Below, in pieces: positions 54,959 to 64,000 of a DNA stretch of 64,000 nucleotides. The notes under the pieces were generated by a model. That model was given only the letters and a program-made list of their open reading frames with translations, was not told the origin of the DNA and did not search any database. Origin of the DNA: Ostrea edulis. Taxonomy: Eukaryota. Positions within the stretch are counted from its first letter, which is position 1. Every line of letters starts with the position of its first letter. Location of the stretch: positions 102,176,001 through 102,240,000 of the forward strand of contig NC_079164.1 of NCBI RefSeq assembly GCF_947568905.1, in the 5' to 3' direction. The position numbers and the translations under genes are program-made.

Positions 54959-55522
54959 CCACTGGCTGCATCATGCTATGCACCAGGAATTCAACATTTT
55001 TACTGGCTGCATCATGCTATGCAACAGGAACAATTTTAACTGGATGCATCATGCTATGCTCCAGGAATTCAACATTTTTACTGTCTGCATCATGCTATGC
55101 AACAGGAACAAAACATTTCACTGGCTACATCAAGCTATGCTCCAGAATTCAACTTTGACTGCATCTCGCTGTGCACCAAAATTTCAACATTTTCACTGGC
55201 TGCATCATGCTATGCACCGGAAAATGGACATTTTCACTGGCTGCATCATGCTATGCAACAGGATATGAACATTGTCAATGGCTGAATCATGCTATGCACC
55301 AAAATTTCAACATTTCCACTGACTGCATCATGCTATGCACCAGGAATTCAACATTTTCACTGGCTGCATCATGCTATGCACCAGGAATAGGACATTTTCA
55401 CTGGTTGCGTCATGTTATGCAGCAAAATTTTAACATTTCCACTGGCTGCATCATGCTATACACCAGGAATTCAATATCAGAACATATAAAGTTCCATTGG
55501 CTGTATTATATTATGCCCCAGG
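54959..55522. repeat. about 41-bp minisatellite, about 14 copies, inside the Ngaro element
   Basis: CACTGGCTGCATCATGCTATGCACCAGGAATTCAACATTTT with variants. Confidence 0.93.
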
Positions 55523-55524
55523 AC

Positions 55525-56560
55525 TAAATTTAATAACCAAAAATGCAACTCATTCAAAACGAGTTCGTTTCCTTCGGAGTTCAAAACACAATTCCATGAC
55601 AACCTTGACATAATCTTAGTATAACAATAGCGTGTCATGATGCTACATACATTTTCAAAATCTGGGGATAGTGAAATAATTTTCCCCGTAACCTTTGCGA
55701 GTTGCCTCGCTGTGACTTTAGGCATAGTCTTTAAAATATACTCTAAGGAGGTCTTAAATCATCAATGCGTCTGTGAGGGATAGACAATGTAAATTCATAA
55801 AAATTCCAAGTAAGTCCAAGGCATTCTATAGTCTGGATAGGTTGAAAAACAGATTTTTCAAAATTAATCTGAAACCCAGCCTTCTCCAAAGTATTTTGAA
55901 TGAATTTTGACACATTTTCACATTGATATTTGGAATCTGACATGGCTAGACCGTCGTCTAAATACAAAACAATGTCTATGGAATTTTCCCGGAAGTATTT
56001 GACAATTGGGCGCAGGCATTTTGTAAAGACAAACGGTGCTGTATAGTAAGAACAAAAGGTAACACTGTGAAACAACAAAATATTCCTAGCCATGAGAACC
56101 CAAGATATGTTCGAGACTTTGGCGAAACATCGATATGGTGATATCCTGAACGCAAATCAAATTTAACACAAAAACAATCTTTCTGAAATATTCTAAAGCT
56201 ACTTTTCAGTCTCCAAATTTAACGTGTTGTATTTAAAATACTCAAATCCAATATTAAGCGTTTTTTTATTTTTGTTTTCTGCCACGCTTAAAGGACTAAC
56301 AAAGAAAGGCTGGAAAGGAACTTCGACAATACATTCAGACAAAAGTACATGTAGCTTCTGAACAGAATTGGGTCAAAAGAATGATTACGCAATGCAGACT
56401 TGTTGTTAGACATACACATTGAGGGTGGATTGAATAGAACAGGAATACCATAACCCGATCTTATAATTCTAAGATAGAATCATACGTATTGATACTATCC
56501 CAAAACGATATATGTCTATACAAACTTTTCTTTATGCCTTCTGTAGACAAACAACACTTT
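55525..56560 (-). pseudogene. Reverse transcriptase of the Ngaro element, disrupted
   Basis: VSPLSVA..KRLILDL, KFDLRSGYHHIDV, YLGFSW, FTKCLRP..LYLDDG, TARQLAKVTGKIIS read across frameshifts; RNase H not found. Confidence 0.92.
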
Positions 56561-56565
56561 ATTGA

Positions 56566-57419
56566 TTACATCAAAATATTCAATGTGTTGAAGAATAGCA
56601 TTACCACCGTAATCACAAGTAATATCAAAATACTTATCTTCCATTTCATTTTGCTGTTGTATTGCTGGGAGGTCGTTGTTGCCGGCTGGGCATTAATTTT
56701 TCCAGTGGCCGTATTTAAACACCTGAAACACACGTCGGTTGGTTGTGGGGTTCTCTGTTTCCGACGAAAAAAGAATTGTGGGTAGGGGAGAAAAGGCTGA
56801 ACAGCATCAGTAGAAGCAGGAGTTTGCATGGCCAGTTGGGCGGCGGATCCAGCTGCGGCGGACACAATTTCTGTTCTAGGATACGCTTTGATTTGGATGT
56901 GACCTATTCTTGGACCGATACTGCTTAACAATTTTGAGGGCGCGGTTTTCAGCCCTTCTAATCTTCCTTTTCATCGTCCGAATTGTCGGCTATGTCGCTT
57001 GCTTTGTATTCATTCATGGTTTTCCAGCCTGCTGGAGACGAGTCGGCGATCCTTATGTGTTTGTTCCTCGTATCGATGTCTAGGTAGATTTCGTTGATTA
57101 TAGAAATGGATTGATGGTCACTCTTAGAATGGCTATTTTCTCTAGTTTTCTTACTTTATCTTTCAAGTCTTCATTGAATTCGTACTGAATCCAGTTTCCT
57201 TCAGATTTGAGCTTACTACTCACATTATCATTTACCTTCTTTTGAATCAATTCAGAGTTCTGTGCCTGTTCCGTTTGCAATTTTACTGTACGTTCGTCAA
57301 ATTGGTTTTTTATGATGGTTGTAAATAAACTAACCACGTCTGTCAAATCTGGTGAAAATTCGCTTTGTTCAGTTTCTTTTCTGATTTCCAAATCATAGGA
57401 ATTATCTTGTCGAGACATC
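56566..57419 (-). pseudogene. gag-like ORF1 of the Ngaro element, frameshifted
   Basis: KSEGNWIQYEFNE, RNKHIRIADSSPAGWKTMNEY..SDDEK, and a broken CCHC knuckle CFRC..YGHWKN.C. Confidence 0.8.
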
Positions 57420-57424
57420 TGTAC

Positions 57425-57582
57425 GTGTAAATGTGGCAAAGAAAAACCTTTGAATGAGGAAGATCGTACTTTGCTTGAATACCTGTTTTACAGGTTGAAT
57501 GATAAAAAAAGTAACCAATGGTATTGGCTTTAATTTAAGTCATAACATAGAACATGTGTTCTAAAACATACGATAAATTAAT
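57425..57582 (-). repeat. Ngaro split direct repeat A1 (5' terminus)
   Basis: 158 bp, 16 mismatches against A2 by manual alignment (about 90% identity), no indels. Confidence 0.93.
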
Positions 57583-59843
57583 AAGTTTGATGTCTGTCAA
57601 GCAAAGAGTCCTCAAGATATTGAACGGACAGTATATTCCTATGACCTTTTGACCTAAAAATCAATAGGGGTCCTCTTCTACTCATAACCAACCAACATTT
57701 GAAATATAACGATTAAGTGAATGGTTCCCAAGATAATGAGCGAACATGTGGTCTGCCAACCAAAATGTGCAAGCAATCCCCCCCCCCCCCCCCCCCCCTC
57801 GGAAAAACGTAAATACTGACTATTACAATGACATTAATGGGCTTCCATAATTCTAGAAAAATTTACAATCGGATCAATGCATTATGCTTATCAATTTACA
57901 CTCGTATTTAACCAAATATAATAGGCACTTTTTAATTTTTTTTATGAGAAGGGACAGCTTTACTACATACCGCTAAAGGTTTTTGACTCATTTTGTTTTA
58001 GTCAATGCAATATGCACTTAATTTTTCGCCGCGTTGTTTACCTATCTCAAAGCGTAAAATTGTTTTAAAAAAATATCTTACACCCTGTAACTAATTATTA
58101 TGAAACAGTCAATTAAAATTTATCGTGTAATTTTTAAAACTGCCATGATATTATGATACCATGACTACTAGCACATGCTTTGTGTACACGTCCTTTGTCA
58201 CTTGATTTTGTCAGATTTCTGCATGTTGCATGTTTTTCATGGGTCTGGGAATATGCGATTACTTTTGACTTTAAACTTTCCTTTTGCAGTAAACGATCGA
58301 TTTACTTACCCATCTAAATGCGGCAAAATTTTAGAGGGTTATGTTTGAATTCTTCATTTAGTACCAATTAAATTACTAGCTTTGATTATTGATATGTTTA
58401 AAATTACTAAGGGGGGTCGTTATATCGCACCTTGGAACGTCATTTTTCGAAGTTTGGGTGATGTTTTGATTACAAAGCATTGAACGCTCGCATCGGCCAT
58501 TTAATTGATATGAACTTTAAACAAAGAAAATATCGAGTCTGTTAAAACTTTATTGCTACAAACTCTCGTGCTTTGCTGAAATTAACATTATTTCCCCAAA
58601 AATACTGCTATGCAGTGTGTATAAGGACAAGATCGCCGTTTTCTTAAAAAACAAATCTGCTGCAAGTGTATACAAATTCTAGTGCATGCTTTTTGAAGAA
58701 CCTGCATTATTTCCACAAAGATTTCTCATGAAGTTAAATGTGATTGTACACACGAACAATGGTATTTCCACAATTTACAGGCCCCAAAACGGGATGCATA
58801 TCTGAATGTAGAATAGTCTGAAAGCAAAAACATAACAAACTGAATGTGCGTTCGGTAGATTCTTGCAGAAATAGTCACATGGTTTAGGCTTTGACACACT
58901 TTCAAAGAAGCCTTGACAGGGAGTATGATCGATCGTAATAGACCAATACCATTTTCAAATATTTACTATGCTTTTCCAACCTAAGAAAGCGAGATATTAC
59001 TTTCTTTACTATAAAATATTTACTTACAAGTTATTTGTTTTATGTTTACGAATATATTTTTGTAGTTGATATATTTATACACACGTACGTCGCATGTTTA
59101 ATGTACAATCGCCTGTGACATTTATTGACTTCATGTGCTTACATCATGTATTCATGCGCACTATGTTTAGTTTCCTTAAACGTATTGAGGGGACTCATTT
59201 AAATTACATTGTTATAAGAATGTCAACATACATGTATGATATGTCTTCTAAACCTAATGAAGCTGTTCAAAAAAGCAAATGAAATTTTTTTGAAGATCTT
59301 TGTGCGCAGGATTTATTTGCTGTCGGTGTAAGAATAAACGAACAGTTTGTGAGCTGCGATAAATCCGCACACCATTGACAGCAAGGAGCATCTCACTTCG
59401 CGAGCCAACTCAAAAATTCAAACTTCAGACTAACACTTTTACCGCTTTTAAAAGGTGTGTTTATTTACCTGTCAAATAAAACATTACACAATAATGGTGT
59501 AAAATTCATTACCTTCGATTTCTCGAACCCTCGGATATTGTGAAGTTTTTCTTCGGTCCTAACAAGTTCGAGATATCGAAGTTTACCTGTACATGCAAAT
59601 TTTATAATTTTTAAACAGATTAAATGTAATTTTTGATGAATAATAAATTATGATATAACACATGTTCTAGATTCTTAACTACAGTGTATTATCAATTTCA
59701 ATTATTTTACAACTATTAAAACAGTATTTGATATTCTTAATGATAAATTCCAAAAGCATGTCGAGTGATTTTCTCCATAATGTACAAACTATTTCTGCAT
59801 ACTATTTGCGAAATTTTATGCATTTACTGCAGGAAATAGGCAA

Positions 59844-59914
59844 CCTGTATTAAGAGACCACTTGTCATATGTGACCCTTTATCCATCCTTCGTTGGCTGG
59901 TCTCTTAATACAGG
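59844..59914. mobile_element. Tiny Tc1/mariner-like MITE remnant
   Basis: Perfect 17-bp inverted repeat CCTGTATTAAGAGACCA / TGGTCTCTTAATACAGG; the right end continues to ..GACTG-TA. Confidence 0.7.
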
Positions 59915-60619
59915 TCCGACTGTATTGTAATACTCGATAAAAATATCTAAATTTGAAATTTCAATAATGTTGAATCATTCTTACAGTATTTGGGCAAATA
60001 AAATTTTACTTGCATGGGCTACCAAATCTTGTTACATCACTTGCTCCATGAGCTTGTAGTAAAAACAGTTAAGCGCAAAGACTGATTAAGTAAAGTTATA
60101 AACCATATTTGGTTCTATTGTTTTTCAAACAAAACTTTGTCTAGTATACGTACAGAATGACCAGCATTTCCGCGTACATGGATTTAAATGCCCATTGCTG
60201 TTATTAAATGAACTTTTGATTAGATCAGGTTATTTTTTATCAACATTCGTCATCAGTAAATGGCAAATAATTTACATAGCTCATATTTACAAGTGACAGT
60301 CTCTAATTCAATACACTTAATCATTATCAAGAATAATTAACACTTATTTGAAGGTAAACACGCATGTTCTATGTTTTACACAAGATGCGAGACGTAATTA
60401 AATAGGGAGATGACTCAAGAAGCATTCGAAGGGGTATGTCCATGAAATGAAAGCAATCGTAAAACTTGAACGACAAAAATTGCAATATTTTAGCTCCACG
60501 AAATTAGAGCCCTCTACAGTGCACGAAACATCCGTCTGGCACTACATATACACGATACGTATCTCTGTCTGAACGCTTGAAGTCACAAGCTGCAACACTG
60601 TTAATGCAGCTCCAAAATG

Positions 60620-61075
60620 AGGCCACAGTCACCTACTTTTTGGTTTGTGACAACCCCCATCCCTTATATGCATCAACATACCAAGTTTGATGATCCTAGA
60701 CCTCAGAGTGTACACTTTAGATATAATTCAGACACAATTTGAGTATGTATAGCCATGAAATTCTCAAAGGAGCCAGGCCGCCATGGCCACATGTTTTATG
60801 GGTCATAAAACGTCCTTCTTTCTAGTCATGATGATTTTGAGTATATGTAAATTAAAGCATAAAATTCCAGAATGAGGCCATAGTGACCTACTTTCGGTTC
60901 ACAAAACTCCTTGGTCCCAATGATGCATCAACTGCCCAAGTTTGACAATCGTTGGCCTCACAGTGTGAAAAACACGAAAAAGTTAACAGACATATACAGA
61001 TAGCTGGATGATAGACAGATGAATGGGAAAGTATATACCAACAATATAGCCCATTAAGAGAGAAGGTATAAAAAA
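60620..61075 (+). mobile_element. Decayed HINE-like remnant
   Basis: Two related AATGAGGCCA(C/T)AGT(C/G)ACCTACTTT..CAAGTTTGA modules and a 3' GACAGA..GGTATAAAAAA end. Confidence 0.55.
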
Positions 61076-63328
61076 CCATGGTCATGTTCATCCCTAATTC
61101 GTCAACAATTTACAAATGTACTTAGATGTTCAAACCCATTTAACCCAAATAATCAGCAACAGGGGTCTCTGCACCATTAATCATCGAGTGACCATTTTTA
61201 CATAATTAAATCAGATAGATTGCTCAATGTAATAAGAAATAAACCTGACACCTCACACAATAAAAAGCTCCGAGAATTATCATATCTTCATTACCCTGTT
61301 ATAATCTTTTAGCTAGACCTGTGTACATGATATACGATATTGCATATTTACAACCCCGTAAACACTAAGTATGAATAAGCTTTCATATATCATATATCTA
61401 CATAAACCTTTTGGCCCTATTTGTAAATCTACAGACATTTATGATCTAATTGTGGATGTCTGAAACAGACTCTGTCACCAGTAAAGGTATTCAGAACCTC
61501 CACCACAATGCGACTCTCCCTCTCTATTTATTACTTCTGTCACCCACCAGGATTCTACATTTTCTTCATATGTCCAGAGAACAGGCATTTATTGCGTGAC
61601 CTCTGGCCTCTGTTGACCCCATCTGACCTGATCGTTGTCCTGAGGTAACCTGTGTAACCTCTCTGCTGTCACTTACAATGAATAGGCTAACATCCCCAGA
61701 GACCCCACAAAACATGTAAACAAATTTGTCCTAACCTATATGTAAGATCAAACACTTTTTCTACAGTGTGTAATACAACATGGAATATACTAGAACCATT
61801 TCCATATTCAACATTGATTATTAAACCATTTACCTAATTATTAGCTATAATTGATACTATTTGGTATCCTCAAAATCATGACACTTTAAACCCCAAGTGG
61901 CTTCATGTGTACACAGCTGTTTTAGAGAAATCTGAACTAGATGTTGCTTTTTGGTCTAAAATTCAGTGGATTTTGAACACTGCAGTCGACATTTTATCCT
62001 AAAGGCTATCCCCAATCCACATTCTTCCCTAGTCATTGCCCAGTTAGTTCATATACAGGTCAAAATTGTGGATATAATTTTATGTTCAACTACATAAAAG
62101 TTGCACACTTGTATATACAGCTTACTCCAGATATATTGAAATTCAGGGGACCAATCTTTTTCTTTCAATATAACTGAAGTTCAAAATAGGCGAAATCGGA
62201 AATGTCGACCATATCGGAGGCTTCATTTTGGCATCTCGATCCCAATTACGAAAGCAGAAACATGAATTTATTACATTACACAATTTACAACATATAGATA
62301 ATTGATTGAATTTAGTCCACTGAAGATTTTTATTTTAAAAAAAATATCTGAGTTTTGTTAACTTTTGTTTCTTATTGAGCTGACCAAGAATGAATATTTC
62401 AATTTTCGATGTCTACAAAAATTTCGTCATCTACTTTAGGTAGCATCTGTACACAATCTCTTTTTTTTATTATTATTAAATTTACACATACAATTTCGAG
62501 GTTGATTGTACGTCACATTTTCATCCGGAATTTCGTTTTTGCTCTCGCCGCCGATAGTTCCCTTGCAGTATGTACATGTATATAATATCGGAAGTAAGTT
62601 CTTCCCTTGAAACGATCGCCGTGAAAACATTTGACACACATGTATGTCTAGGCTAGTACCATCAGAATTTCAGAATCAGTTGGGTTTTTAAAAAATAAAG
62701 TTCACTAACACAAGCAAGTGGCATCATGTTGTCTTCAAAGACATTGTCGTTGTCCGCGTCAGATGTTATAGACTAAATATTTGTAGATTTTAATGTGAAC
62801 CCAGTCTTGCAAAAAACTATTTTTAATGCACTGTGATTATAAGCGGTAAGGTGTTACTTAAGCAAAATTGTCATTTCAGATTTTGACTTCAAATTCTTAT
62901 ATCTCTTGCAGTTATTAATATGTATTTGGTGTCCAATGATAAAAGTTTTCCTTTTTTGTGGGGATGTCAAATTTGGCAAACGATCCTGTCAGCCGTTAAG
63001 GAGTGATTACACCCCACTGTTATTTTATTCCTATAAAAACACACAATTAAAAGTAATCCATGGGAAACCAATCAACTGACACCTACTTGTGTAACAATTC
63101 AGCCACCAACCTGGAGGACTACAATTGCAGGTGACTTCAATATAGTCCTAATAAAAACAATACATTATCTACTCAGGGGACGGATAATTGATTTCAAAAT
63201 ACATGATATTTCAATATAAGCGATTTCAATTTAACTGATATTTTAATGCAAGGAAAATAAGAGTCTGAGACTGGGGATTTTGTTTTACTTCAAAATAAGC
63301 AACTTCAATTTAAGTGGAGTAAGCTGTA

Positions 63329-63498
63329 CAGTCAAACCTCGTCATCTTGAACTCATGTGACCGAGAAAAACCTTCACAATATCCAAGGATTCAGATATCG
63401 AGGGTAAAATATTTAAAGAATAAGTAGCTGGGACTTCCAATTCATTTCGACATTTCCAAATTCGAGAAATCGGTGTTTGAGATACCGAAGTTTAACTG
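63329..63498. mobile_element. 170-bp Tc1/pogo-like MITE
   Basis: TA-CAGTCAAACCTCGTCATCTTGAAC ... GTTTGAGATACCGAAGTTTAACTG-TG imperfect TIRs; related to TIRs at 45720, 50874 and 59589. Confidence 0.7.
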
Positions 63499-64000
63499 TG
63501 TATAAAAAATAAAGATAAAATATTATAATTTTCATAGATTTCTGAATGTGTTTACAAAGAGGTAAAATGAGAGGGTATAATTTCAACCAGTCCACAAAAA
63601 TTTTTACCAGTCCACCAAAGTTCTTCCAGATATAATTAAACATATTTTGTTCATGTTATTGAAATAAAATCACATAATTTAACTATATATGCCTCAAACA
63701 GACTATTAACACTTATGTGAGATTTACATTTCCTAATCTGGTTCATCTGATATCTACAAAGGGATGCCAAATGTGTGTTTAAGATTCCATAAGTATGTTT
63801 TCCAAAATGATGTTTTAGAAAATTGACCAGTCCTATCGGACTGACTAAAACAAATGTCAGTCGGTCCGCCAGACTTTTAACCAGTCACAGATTGATGGGC
63901 ATATGTTAATTTCGAGCTCTAGCTGTTACCTAACACTTTAGATGCTATTTAACATCCCCTTTCCCTATTATAATCATTGTTAGAGGAAAAGGCTGAGGAA

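Larger units (their letters stand above)
52953..57582 (-). mobile_element. Ngaro-type (DIRS-order) tyrosine-recombinase retrotransposon, both termini present, internally decayed
   Basis: Split direct repeats A1 57425-57582, B1 53346-53388, A2 53188-53345, B2 52953-52995; gag-like, RT (YLDD) and YR remnants on the minus strand; no TSD. Confidence 0.95.
52422..57807 (+). mobile_element. HINE family B split in two by the Ngaro element
   Basis: Left part 52422-52952 ends CCTTAGGATGTACCAGTGTACC, right part starts AAGTTTGATGTCTGTCAAGC at 57583; the same string is contiguous in the copy near 28000-28040. Confidence 0.9.
50874..59589. mobile_element. Possible Tc1/pogo-like TIR pair with TA flanks enclosing 8.7 kb (or two separate MITE halves)
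   Basis: CAGGTAAACTTCAGTATCTCGAAC (50874-50897) vs reverse complement of 59566-59589 CAGGTAAACTTCGATATCTCGAAC, 22/24 identical, TA outside both. Confidence 0.4.

Noticed and set aside
54955-55527. Several ORFs with repeated CIMLC motifs
   Set aside because: Translations of the 41-bp array, not a cysteine-rich protein

Overview
AT-rich, non-genic-looking eukaryotic DNA whose repeat inventory is typical of an oyster-like bivalve (Ostreidae); the species cannot be fixed from sequence alone. The inventory includes Helentron-associated HINE/DINE-1-like elements carrying satellite-like subrepeats, tRNA-headed core-domain SINEs, small MITEs, a CR1/L2-type LINE relic and many minisatellites. No intact protein-coding gene, rRNA, true tRNA or CRISPR array is supported. 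The best-resolved structure is a complete but decayed Ngaro-type (DIRS-order) tyrosine-recombinase retrotransposon at 52953-57582 (minus strand). Its split direct repeats A1-[gag, RT, YR]-B1-A2-B2 are all visible, and it is inserted without a target-site duplication into a HINE whose two halves rejoin exactly. The HINE may in turn lie inside an 8.7-kb TA-flanked TIR pair. Other notable items are a tRNA-like sequence sitting in an apparent LTR end (TGTTACA followed by a PBS-like TTTGGTGC), a 9-bp-TSD MULE-like MITE, a new minisatellite born inside a HINE, and uniform orientation of all HINE copies. That uniform orientation hints at a large minus-strand host transcription unit whose exons can only be guessed.
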